Positions 12,018 through 23,099 of a stretch of 64,000 nt of DNA are shown piece after piece. Under the pieces are notes generated by a model that was not told where the DNA came from, did no database searches, and saw only the letters and a program-made list of their open reading frames with translations. Both the position numbers and the translations under genes were made by a program. The stretch's first letter is position 1. Every line of letters starts with the position of its first letter. The DNA comes from Guillardia theta CCMP2712 (taxonomy: Eukaryota; Protista; Cryptophyta): assembly GCF_000315625.1 (NCBI RefSeq), contig NW_005434623.1:146535-210534 (forward strand). Reading direction: 5' to 3'.

Positions 12018-13754
12018 TCACCGCTTGCCCTTGTGGAACACCTGCAGGATCGTTCCAAACACGATCTGGAGGGCGATAGCCCAGCCCCCGACAACAAGCA
12101 GATCCTTCCAGATCGGGTGATCCTCCATGTTGTAGAAGGCAAGAACCTCCCTGCCATTGTGAAACTGAGGGCTGTCAAAGTACTGAATGCCTTCAAACTC
12201 GTTCACCATGAACGCTCTGAAAGAGTACGTGTGGAAGGCCATGTAGTACCCCCAGATGAACCAATCTGGGATGTCGTTCTTTACCTTCATGAAGCCCTCG
12301 CACAACATGAAGAAGCCGTACACCGCTGCCCCCAGCGCGATCCCGATGATGTAGTGAGGTACCACCGATGCTATGACACACATGAACGCCTCCGCGGTGA
12401 CGAGAGATAGGAAGAGGTCGAGCAGAAACACCCCGAAGTTATTGAGACCGGCAGGAAACACAACAAGCACAGTGCTTGCAAGCGAGATGATGAAGAGCCC
12501 CGGCAACGACATGAGGAACGAAGCCAGCACGTAGGCCGGCACCATGTACCAGCCGTTGGCTCGCTCGCGTAGGAACACAGCTCGCTCCACGATGAAGAAG
12601 GGCAGCACCGCCACCGACATGAACACCAGGAAAGCCGCGACAAAGAAGAGGAGAGCAACACGGCTGTTGATGTCCGTGGGGCCTGTGCCGAGGTCCCAGA
12701 ACATGAAGCCCATCAGCAGGCACAGCATGATGTACATGACGAGTCGGACGAGGAAGATACCCGGGTTACGCGCGTTGTTGAAGAAGGCGCGATGAGACAA
12801 GATCAGGAGCTGCGTCATGAAGCCATTCCTGTGACTGATGGGACTGATTTCATGCTCGATCGGTCGAGCAAGAGCGGAAGTCAGCGACATGCCCTCAGGC
12901 TGAGTTTTGAAGCCTTTTGCAAGCGCCTCGATGTCCGCGTGACCCTCGAAGTCCGTGTTGGCCAGCCTCAGGAAGAAGTCTGCCGGGTTCGACTGCCCCG
13001 GGCACGGATACTCCATCCTCTCGAAGTAGTCCACCGCGTTGTTTGCCGCCCCGAAGTAGAGGCACTTGCCCCTAGACAGCAGGAGGAACTTGTCGAAGTT
13101 CGCCCACACCTCTGACGGAGGCTGGTGGATAGTGCAAATAATGGTGGTGCCAGTCTTGGCCAGGTGCGACAAGTGTTTCATGATGTTCTCTGCCGCCGCC
13201 GAGTCGAGGCCTGACGTCGGCTCGTCCAGCAGTAGGATGGAGGGGTTCCGCACCAGCTCCACCGCAATCGACAGGCGGCGGAGCTGCCCTCCGCTCAGCC
13301 CCTTGCGGAACACGTCTCCTACGATGGTGTTGCTGCATGAGTCCAGCCCCAGCACATGCGTCACATTGTCTGCTCTTGCTCTCCTCCGGACGATGCCGGA
13401 GAGGCCGTCGAGGATGCGCTTGTCTATAGTTTCATTCTTTCCGGTCTGAGGGTTTGAGCGGGTGAGCTTGACGTCGTAGGTGAGATCTTTCCATGCGATG
13501 GTCGCTGGTTTGATTCGCAGAGACTGATAGGCCAGTGAGTTGGCAGAGGATGTGGCATGCTTGCTGTCAGATAGATGCGTCAGTCCTGGCATTTACTTGC
13601 TACACAAGAGTACTCACAGGATGTGGGCACGAGACTGCTGGTCGTTGGAGAGGGTGACCACTGCTGGCTCGCTGGAGGAGACGATTGCTTCTACAGGGCT
13701 GCTCTCCATCATCACAGGGATGCTGTAGCTGTCCTCCTCGCGCTGCTCCGCCAT
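12018..13754 (-). CDS. ABCG: ABCG half transporter paralog lacking Walker A and Q-loop (in-frame 90-aa deletion)
   Basis: Exon 1 13754-13618 (MAEQREEDSYSIP...), intron 13617-13564, exon 2 to stop at 12018. Reads GIVR|RRARADNV where the paralog has 90 extra residues. LSGGQ, LLLDEP, TIHQP and the TMD are intact. Confidence 0.85.
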
Positions 13755-14427
13755 AGTCTCAGTCTCTCCACGTTTCCTCCCCTCCCTCGTTGCAATATGA
13801 GCGGGCACTAAGCAAGTCGTAACCCTACCCGCTTGTCCGAATGAACCCCTACCTATCCCGAAATTGATGTGTACTCCCCTACCCCCAAGAATCAGCTTGT
13901 TGTCTGGTCAAGAAGGTTTCTTAGAAACTACCCCTACCCTCTCATAATCATTTTGCTACCCTACCCAGTTTTTTCGTGTCATGAAGAGAGATGATGAGAG
14001 ATGATCTTGTGCCATAGGTCATACTACTTCCTTCCTAGGACCCCCTAACACTTTCCTAGCACCAAAGTAAATGCCAAAGATCGGACCGGGGGGCATGCCA
14101 TGTACGGAACTTAGGGGAATAGGACCTAGGCATAGGTCCTGTATTTCCTTGCCAAGTTGCTAGGACCATTACTCAAAGTTAATTTAGTAAGTGTCTGACA
14201 GATGCCGGACACGAGCATAAGGTCTTGTCCGGCAGGGAAGGCAAAGTTGAGTAAATATTTTGTCCTGCATCTTCAATGAATGTCAGCAGGGCATGATTTC
14301 ACCAGGGTAGTACTTGAAGTATTTAGTAGGGGTTAGCAAACCAATTAGTCTATTAGTTTTACTCAACTTTGGAACCTCTAATTGCTCCTACCCCCTTGCC
14401 CTGCACTGTCCGATCTTATAAAAATGT

Positions 14428-14808
14428 GTGGCCCCACCACCCCACCCCCTTCCACAAACAGCTTCGCGCCATTCATGGCTTCTTCACACACATGCTTGTT
14501 TGGCAATCAATGCAAGGTACATGATGAAAGCATTCGATTGTATCAATGCTGAAGATGCAAGCCTGATGTGCCATCATCTTTGCGTGAATGAATATGTTGA
14601 TTCGGAAGGATACACCAGCTGTGAGTGTGAGCAACGTGGGAAAACAGCCCTTCCATCAATTCCTCAAGATGCACTTGCTTGCAAGAAGTCATGTAGAAGG
14701 ATCTAATCATGGCACAGAGTGGATGATGATGATGATGATGATGATGATGTGATTTTGATGATGGTGAGGAGGTGGTGGTGGTGGAGCACGAGCTGGAGCA
14801 CATGCAAC

Positions 14809-14849
<41 letters not shown>

Positions 14850-16231
14850 CGTACGGAGAAGAAGGGTGCCTTTGGGGAATGTGAAGAAGAAGAGCAAGAT
14901 GTAAGGGGGCAGATAGAATCAGTAAGTGGAATCTGTAAGAGATTGGATGGGAAAGAGATTGGATCTGTAAGAGATTGGTCAACCCGAAGACCTCCTCTTG
15001 GAGTTCTGTAAGCCAACTGATTACTTTGCTGTGTGAGATGAGAGCATGTTGCTTGTCAGCTTCGGAGTTGAGCACGAAATCGCAGTCCAACCCCTGAGAA
15101 GATCAAGAGTTGCTGGCAAGACGGGGGTTGGTTTCTTTGTACGTGAGGAAATGCTCGCACCAGCAAATGTCTTCGTTGCTGATAATGAAGCAAAAAGCTA
15201 CTTGAAGTTTCAGTCAAACATGTCTCTAAGGTCTGGCGTCAGGCATGTTTACAGAAGGAACAACCACTCAAAGACTTTCGGTGGAAGATTGATACAACCA
15301 TATATTGGAGTCCTACAAAGGTCTTCATAGATGAGGCGGCAGTAGGTGTCACGAAACTTAGCTCGGGAAAGGATGCAAATCCGTTGACGGAAGAGAATTA
15401 CATAGGCATAAGAAGATAGGATCGTGGGCAGCCTGACATATGTCACATTGAGTTGGGATGTCATCTGTAGATCCTTGAATACGGTTCAGATCCTGCTGCA
15501 TGCAACCCATCTGATGGCAAGATGATCATATGTTTGTTTGTGTTCCGAGCCTGGAGGATTTGAAACGCAACATTGCAGAAAACAACGATTCAGTCGCAGG
15601 CATGCTGAAGGAGATTCCGGAGATAGGGCAACATGCGACAGAACACCAGGAACAGGAAGAGGAACCTGACCTCGGAGACGTAAAAGCTGGCGCACTGCTG
15701 AATCGGAGCACTGTACAGTGTGTCAATGACGATCGAGCTGGCGTTCGTCACACTGTGACTCAGACTGATCAAGCTGATCTGAAAACGATTCGAATTTCTG
15801 GTGAAGCGAAATGTTTCAACAATGCATGGAATCTGTATCACACTGGCAAACATGCCAAAGGGATACCTCCTTCGGAGAAACTGCAACGAGCAAATTTTAA
15901 CAGAGCATGAAGCAAATAGTTTGCAGGCATAGCTTATCTCATGAAGTGCTTTGACCAATTCATCCGGCGAAGTGTAATGGAACTGAATTCCTTCTTTGAT
16001 AGTCGGTGAGAATCTTTGATGTTTCAATGCCGAGATGAAACATTCAAGAAATATCCAAAGGATTTCATCTCGTGGCTCAATCAGAGAGAAGGGGCAGAGA
16101 GCTCAAGTGATAGGAGTGGGCAGTTTGCACAGGCAACGTACTTCAAGAAAATGCGAAAGAAAGAAGCACCGCGACTAGATGAGATCAGGTGGTCGTTCGA
16201 AATGCGAATGATAACGAGACTGATGGCTTAG
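14428..16231 (+). pseudogene. degenerate coding-like region of unknown family (Cys/His cluster, acidic tract)
   Basis: Consecutive coding-like segments broken by stops and frameshifts (CHHLCVNEY..CEC..C, QPEDLLLEFCKPTDYFAV*DESML.., LKRNIAENNDSVAGMLKEIPE..). No family recognised. Confidence 0.3.
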
Positions 16232-16609
16232 ATTTTGCCTGTAATTGGATGGTTTAAGGTTTGTAAAACATATAATTCATTGTCAAGTGACAGTGAGTGA
16301 TATCATAAGTTGTAATAAACACAAGTTGCTCTGGTAAATCTTGTGAAACCTCGTTAGACGTTGCTCAGTTCTGGGTCAAGCAGCGAGATGGAGCTCAGAA
16401 ATTTGGCTGAGTGTTTTTGAGTCTTGGACCTCTGAGGCGGGTGTGGGTAGGGAGGGAGGGTGGGTGAGGTCCTAAACTGGTCTTTGGGTGGGGTAGGGGT
16501 CATATTCGGAAGAAGTTTATGTGAATGAGCACTAAACCTCTCAAAAAACTACAAAAGTGTATATATTTGTCCGGACTATATCTTACACCTCTAAGGGTGT
16601 TGTTAAGTT

Positions 16610-17360
16610 AGTGGCCAGGCCCGGCCCGGGCCCTCAGGCCGCATTATCATCCACACGAGAGTCGGCGGCGGTCACGGTGGGCCGCGCCCCCGCCGGGGCC
16701 GGGCCGTCGGATCGGACTGACGGTCTGATCCCCGGGCCCCGGCCCGGGCCACCCGGGCCGCGCGGCCGGGCCGAGTACGGTCCGATCATCCGGCGCCCCC
16801 GGGGCCCGGGGTCGGCCGGGCAGTGGCCCGGCCGACCCCAGTACATTCAATGATCGGATTGGCCCACTGCCAGGCTGCCCGGCGCCGCCGTCAAGTTGGG
16901 CCAGTTGGTTCTGAGAGGCGAGTCAGCGTCCGTAGTATGCTTTCAAGGCCCGGCCCGGGTGGTGATCATCCGATGATCGGATTGCCAGGGGAAATGGGGG
17001 TACTGACTCTGTGAGCGGATATCGAGCGGAGGCTGTACTAGATTACGCCCGGGGTGAGGTCACCGGCCCGGCGGGCAGTGCCACGGCAGTGACGGTGGCC
17101 GCGGCCGGCCGCGGCCGGGGCCGCATCATCCGATGATCAAACAGCGAGCAACGGAAGTTGTTTTGTATCCAACTGGCGTTGAACCTTGAACGCCGTTTCA
17201 GATCTGAGAGCCTGGAGACTCCGTAATATGATCATAGGCAAGTCATAGCAGGACACTGGCGAGTCAGGACCAGGTCCTAGTACGGTGACGGTGAGACGGC
17301 GAGTCACATTGCGGCCGACCTCAGTTTCAGCACCTCAACGGGCCGCCGGCCCGGTTAGCC
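16610..17360. other. GC-rich palindromic-word intergenic island
   Basis: GGCCCGG/CCGGGCC, GATCATCCGATGATC and GTCACGGT words. Confidence 0.7.
17103..17338 (+). repeat. ~240-bp dispersed direct repeat, copy A (empty site for the 42-nt unit)
   Basis: Aligns with 24625-24865 (CATCATCCGATGATCAAAC..TTGTTTTGTATCCAAC..GGCGTTGAACCTTGAACG..ATATGATCATAGGCAAGTCATAGCAG..TTTCAGCACCTCAA). Confidence 0.9.
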
Positions 17361-17726
17361 TCAGTCGATGTGGCTCTGTGCACAAGCTCACAGAAAGGAC
17401 AGCAACAGCTACAATAGGGATGACCGTACGTAGGAGGATCACGAAGAAGAGAGCAAGAACAGGCTAGGACCCATGGATGCGGCAGCAGGTGATAAGCGAG
17501 TCAGCTCATATCAGTCTACGACAGGACAGCAAGTGACAGGAACTTCCGAATAACGGTTCGATCAGAGAAGACAGTACTATCATGACTATTCTTCAGGAGG
17601 TCCTACGATGAAGGCACGAAACCACCTCTCAGCAGGTTGCAGACACACACAGGTTCCGTCAAGGCCAAGGGAGCAACTGTGTCAACTTGACTCGACCGTC
17701 AGGAAGCCGCGATGGATGATTCTCTC

Positions 17727-17819
17727 AGGCTCAGGGAGCCTCTAGGCTCAGGGAGCCTCTAGGCTCAGGGAGCCTCTAGGCTCAGGGAGCCTCTAGGCTC
17801 AGGGAGCCTCCAGGCTCAG
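17727..17819 (+). repeat. 17-bp tandem repeat AGGCTCAGGGAGCCTCT x5.5
   Basis: Units at 17727, 17744, 17761, 17778, 17795 and partial 17812. Each unit is a hairpin AGGCTC-AGG-GAGCCT. Confidence 0.95.
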
Positions 17820-18057
17820 TGGGGAGGCTAGGGCGTGACTCGGACCGGTCGAAGGACCATACGTTGCAGGAAAGGCCCGGAAAGGCCGAGAATGAGGTGA
17901 AGGGTCCCTGTGAGACTGGATTGCTTGAAGTAAACCAGCTTGTACATCTGTACCAATCTCTTATCACCTCTGTTACTTCTATGAACTTCGGAATCCTGAT
18001 ATTATTCCTGCGCGGCCAGGTCTGTTGAGTAAACATCGAGAGAGCATCAGCTACAGC

Positions 18058-20185
18058 ATGGCGGCGGCAACATTGCTAACTTTGCTGGCCCGCATGCTGT
18101 GGGTCGCTCAAGAAGCTACTCATGGCACAGTAAGCCTAGAATCAAGAGGATCGCACCTCTGTCTTTCTTCCAGTCTCACTGGTACAGTAAACATGATGCC
18201 GCCGCTTGCGAAGCTCCGTGGTGGTGGCCCTTTGGACGGTGATCACATTTTAGGGGATGAACTACCTGCAGGGATTTCCAAGCGGAAGGCATTGAAGATC
18301 AGCCTGCAACGCATTTGCGCGAGGTTGATGGTCAGCACAGATGACAGGGAGAAAACCAAGCTCCGGGCTGAGGAGATGAGGATCAACGACGAACTAGAGC
18401 TAGAGCGTATGCGAGTCGAACAAAGGCAACAAAGGAAGAAGATCAGAACCAGCAAGGATAAGGAGGAGAAAGCCGAGCTGCGGGCTGAGGAGAAGTCAAT
18501 GAAAGCCGAGCTGCAGGCCCAGGAGAAGTCAATGGAAGCCAAGCTCGAGATCGCGAGACAGAGGCTGGATCTAGAACAGCTACGGGCGAGGATTACCGCC
18601 AGCAAGGATGAGCAGGAGAAAGCCGAGCTGCAGGCTAAACTGATTCGAAGTGAGGATCAGTTGCAAAAGCTTATACTACTCAACTTGGGGTATGTGGATG
18701 ACTCACCGTATCTTGTCTACGATCAAAGTAAGCAGTCAAGAGATTTGCTTGATTTTGTGTGACGAATCGTTTTGAACAGGGAGGGATCAAGATTTTGAGT
18801 TTCTCGCTGTGCTGTGGAATACCTCTTGCTCGGGAAGCATCGATGCCAATCAAACCACTGTTCGTTTGCCGGAAGGAGCAAAACTGCTTGGTGGGAACGA
18901 GCTTTTGATACGTGAGTGCTATCGTGATGTCAAGGATATCATTGCGATGAACTTTGGTTTGGACCCGAAAACATTGAAACCAAGAGAAAATCGCACATCT
19001 TTTGAAACAATGATCATTACGGGCAACCCAGGGATTGGAAAGTCTTGTTTTGCTCTTTATTTGCTCCTGTATATACTTCAGACAGGAGAGAGCGTCTACT
19101 ATCAACGCGGAGACGATCACTTTCATTTCAAGGAAGGCACTTGGTTTCGTGTGAAGAATGCAGCTATATGCCGAGAATCAATTTTGTTCAAACACGGAGG
19201 TTGGTATCTGTGCGACCTTAACGCGGAGGTGTCAACGTATTTTTGTGCTCGATGTACCAAGAACATCATCGTCTCCTCTCCCAAACTACGTGTTTTCAAA
19301 CAATTGTTGAAGGAAGGCACAGCCAAACGGTTCTTCATGCCGGTGTGGACCGACGAGGAGATGGCTATCTTTCAAGAGCTGCACAAGACACGCTTAGATG
19401 CTGCAGTGGCAAAACAAACTATCGAGACTTGGGGAAACATCCCCAGAATGCTTTTAGAGAGTTCAAAGTCCAGTTTGATTCAGGAGGTTCATAAAATCAC
19501 TAGCATTGAAGATTTTGATAACAAGATCAGAGTTGTGTATGATCAAGATTTCGATCTCCCTTCGAAGCTTGTACACCTTGTTCCAAGCCCAACATATGAT
19601 TCCGTGAAGGCTCAGATCTGCTCAGAATATGCAAAGGCTTCGATTTCCAAGTGGATAATGAATCGCGATCGCAATATGGCCTTAAAAGTTGCCTTCAGCG
19701 CGAATAGTGATCGCGTTCTTTCAAATTGGATGCTGTTTGAATTTATTTCGCACCTCGTTCTCAGGCAAGAAGGGAAAAGAAAGGCAAGGAGGTTGGGGGA
19801 AGGGCATGATGACGGCACTCTGACTGAGATTGAAATGAAGAGAAGTGAATTTGTGGGATTCTGGGGAGGACCTGAAAGTTTGAATTGCCGTCTACAGAAT
19901 AGGACGTACTACAAGCCTTTATCCAAGACTTTCCCATGCGTGGATGCGTTGATGTTGTCCGAGAAACCAGAAGAGGTGTATCTATTCCAGATAACAACGG
20001 CTCAGCAGCATCCCGTGCTTTATACACCATTGTATGACATTCTTGCCAACATTACTGTGTTGAACAAAGTCAGGAAAGCGAATTTGATCTTTGTCCTCCC
20101 AGAAGTTCAAGCCGCATGCACAAACCTTGTCAATCGAGACAGAGCCGAGAAAACAACGAGGGGGTTTGGAAGACCTTGGGATTGA
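18058..20185 (+). CDS. Crinkler/RHS (CR)-type protein: signal-like leader, LRGG, coiled coil, P-loop NTPase and PD-(D/E)xK-like REase
   Basis: ORFs 18025-18762 and 18809-20185 join in frame through a GT-AG intron at 18728-18779 (DQ-R-RDQDFEFLAVLWN). Motifs LLIRECY, IITGNPGIGKS, IIVSSPK, FFMPVWTDEE, WGNIPR, KLVHL, LFEFISH, YYKPLSKTFPCVDA, LFQIT..H and LIFVLP match CR-NTPase+REase proteins. Confidence 0.8.
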
Positions 20186-20659
20186 GTTGGTGCAAAGTGT
20201 GATGTTTCTGTCTGAGGAAGATGCACGGGAGTGTGTGGGAGGCCAACATTTCTCGCTGGAAGAATAAGCCCCACCAGCTCATAAAAATCAATGAAACTCT
20301 TCTCAACTTGTTTCCTTGTAGGCCTTATCTTTCAACGATTAGCAGCCTTGCAGGTTTCAATGAGTGTAGATCTCTTTCAGTCGCGATCTTCTACTTCAGT
20401 CATCCATCCGTCCCGACAGCCCTGAATTCGACTCGAGGGTGACTGGCAGCATTTTAGCTTCCGCCAAGAGTTGCTTCATGACATCTTTCAATGGTTGCAT
20501 TCCTGTCTTCAAAGCGTGCTGGACACGAAGCCTGCATGGAGCGTCTAGCATGACAGGGAGGAGGGAGGAGGGAGGAGGGAGGAGGGGGGAGGGGGGAGGG
20601 AGGAGGGAGGAGGGAGGAGGGAGGAGGCGGATTTCAGTCTTCTCAGAGTTTCTCAGGGT

Positions 20660-22254
20660 GGTACAGGGATTCTCTCTTTGTTGGGTGTCTCAGCGACTGG
20701 TCGATATGTGCGCCTGGAGGCTTTGGAGGCAGAGGGCATGGTAGAGGAGAGAATCTTGTCCCTACTCGAGGTCTGCCCTGTCAACAGCGTCTCCCTCCTC
20801 TGATCATGGTGGGCAGATGGCAGTCTTCAGCTCTGTGCGGTGGAATTGTTCCCGTCACTGTCCTCCTCAGTTTGGCTCTTGTCCTCCAACGGATCCCGTC
20901 CTCGGGCAGTGCGTGTGCAAGCCCAACAGGATCGGCATCGACTGCTCGACTCACCTCCTGACGGACCATCTTTTTCTACCTCCCTATCGACATCCGCAGG
21001 ACAGTGAGGATCAAGTCAACTTCAGCTGGTTGCCAACGGCCCGTCCCTGATCATCTTTGACACCCCTTCTGTGTCAGGCTGAAAGCATCAGCATGGGACC
21101 ACCAGGAGCTCGAGGGAGCTCTGAGGGAGGTCGCAGCCTCTCAGGTGCCGTGAGACTCTCAGTTGCCTGCGACCTTAACCCCTCGCCTGCTGACGTCAGT
21201 TTCTCCAGGGCTCGGGATCCTGCGCTGCTCCTGCTGCTCTGGTCACGGGGTACCATCCAGGTGCTCGACCTCGCCTTGAGTAGACTGCTGAGCCATCGGA
21301 GAGCAGGAGGGCTGACGGCATCCCTGAGTCTGATCGCCTCGATGCTGTCCTTGTCCTTCGCTCTCAACAAGAAGACGCTCCTGTGGAGGAAAGCCGAGGT
21401 AATATCTCCTCTTCATCCTCCGTCCGGTCGAGTCTGACACCATCCAAGTGGCATCCTCCCTTCCTCCCTCGCTCTCCCTCTCGCTCTCGCTCCTGCTCTC
21501 GCTTGCTCCCTCCCTTCTCGGTGAGACAAGAGATTGCAGCTGGAGCGATTGCTCAAACCAAGACATGGACAACTTTCTCGAGAGAACGTTTCATCTCAAG
21601 GTCGATTGATCCTGACAGTCTTTGACCTCTTGACGGGAAGCAGGTGGAAGAGAGTGACAACACGCGCAGTGTCCAGCCCTTCGCCTGGGTCCCTCCCAAG
21701 TATCAGACCAAGGTGCCGCCAATGACTTTCGCTGTCCCTCCTGATGTATCCCAGGGGATGTTTTGGTGGAGGTCGGTGCTCAACAGCTTTCTCTTCAGGA
21801 TTCGACCTGTCCTGCCTTCTCCTCCTCTGCTTCACGTCCTCTCAACTCGTCCCTCCAGGAGCTTGCGCAGGAGCTCGACATCGACGGGTTGATGAAGCGC
21901 CTGGGCCTGTTGGATGGACCTTTCTTCGGGGTGCATGTCCGGCTGGTGAGAGACGTTGAGGTATCGTCCTTCTCCTCAATGCGGATGTCAGGGGGACTCG
22001 TGTGTCAAGTGGAAGGAGTTGTTCAACGGAGACTGCCTGTCTCCATACGAGCTCATCTCGCACACCAAGTCAGCTTCGCTCCTCTTCCTCACTCGTCTCT
22101 CTCACTCGCCTCAGGTTCCTCTCGGATAGATAGTCTGATGACCCGCACGCGCTCGATCACTTCAAGCAGAAGCTTCCAAGCCCGGCTACACGTGGTGGCT
22201 GTGGACAAATATCGAAGTCTGCTGGAGGAGATGGACAAGACTAAGAGCGAGTAG
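20660..22254 (+). CDS. putative alpha-1,6-fucosyltransferase-like (GT23/FUT8-like) protein with N-terminal EGF-like domain; ends approximate
   Basis: Spliced exons: CSRHC..GSC..GQCVCKPNRIGIDCS (EGF-like), GGLTASLSLIASML..KTLLW, WVPPKYQTK-GMFWWRSVLNSFLFRIRP, GPFFGVHVRL-GDSC (HVRxGD). Confidence 0.55.
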
Positions 22255-22711
22255 CTGGAAAACAAGCTCAAGCACCTCTATCCTCACTGCTGCTGCAGGT
22301 GGACGGAGAATCGGCTGAGGAAAGGAGAGCTTCCTCGCAGCCTGCTGCTTCGCTCTACCTTGACCGACTTGATCCGGCACTCCGACGCTTTCTGAGTCAG
22401 GAAGCCCGGCTACCGAGATCAACTTTCAACTATGGGTCGGACTCTGACTAGGGCTCCGAGTCGGTTCGAGCCGCTCAAAGAATGATATCCGACGGATAGG
22501 CTAACCTGTGCCATCATGTAGTGGTAGTTTGAGGCCTCAAGCCCGTCACCAGGCAGCCCCGGACGGTCCCAATTTGAGGGACTCCCGGAGGCGCCCGGCC
22601 GCCGCCGAGCCGCAGTGAGCTGGCGGCCGCCGCCTCCAGCGGCGGGTGACCGTGACTCACTGAGTTGTGACCGGACACCGCAGCGTGACTCGGACGCTCA
22701 GACTTCAACTT

Positions 22712-23041
22712 AGTTGACTCAGTAACTCGGAGGGTGAGCTAGTGACTTCAAGTTGACTCAGTAACTCGGAGGGTGAGCTAGTGACTTCAAGTTGACTCAG
22801 TAACTGAGGGTGAGCTAGTGACTTCAAGTTGACTCAGTAACTGAGGGTGAGCTAGTGACTTCAAGTTGACTCAGTAACTGAGGGGTTGACTCAGTAACTG
22901 AGGGTGAGCTAGTGACTTCAAGTTGACTCAGTAACTGAGGGTGAGCTAGTGACTTCAAGTTGATCGGACTCAGTAACTGAGGGGTTGACTCAGTAACTGA
23001 GGGTGAGCTAGTGACTTCAAGTTGACTCAGTAACTGAGGGT
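22712..23041 (+). repeat. 37-bp minisatellite GTTGACTCAGTAACTGAGGGTGAGCTAGTGACTTCAA, ~8 units with 39-bp, 41-bp and truncated variants
   Basis: Head-to-tail units with no unique spacers; internal hairpin CTCAG-TAA-CTGAG. Confidence 0.92.
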
Positions 23042-23099
23042 GGCACTGGGCCTGCCACCATTGTTTCAATGTCCTGCTATGAGAATTCTCTGTGAATTG

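Noticed and set aside
22712-23041. CRISPR array (37-bp hairpin repeats)
   Set aside because: Units are head-to-tail with no unique spacers, no cas genes are present, and the context is eukaryotic.
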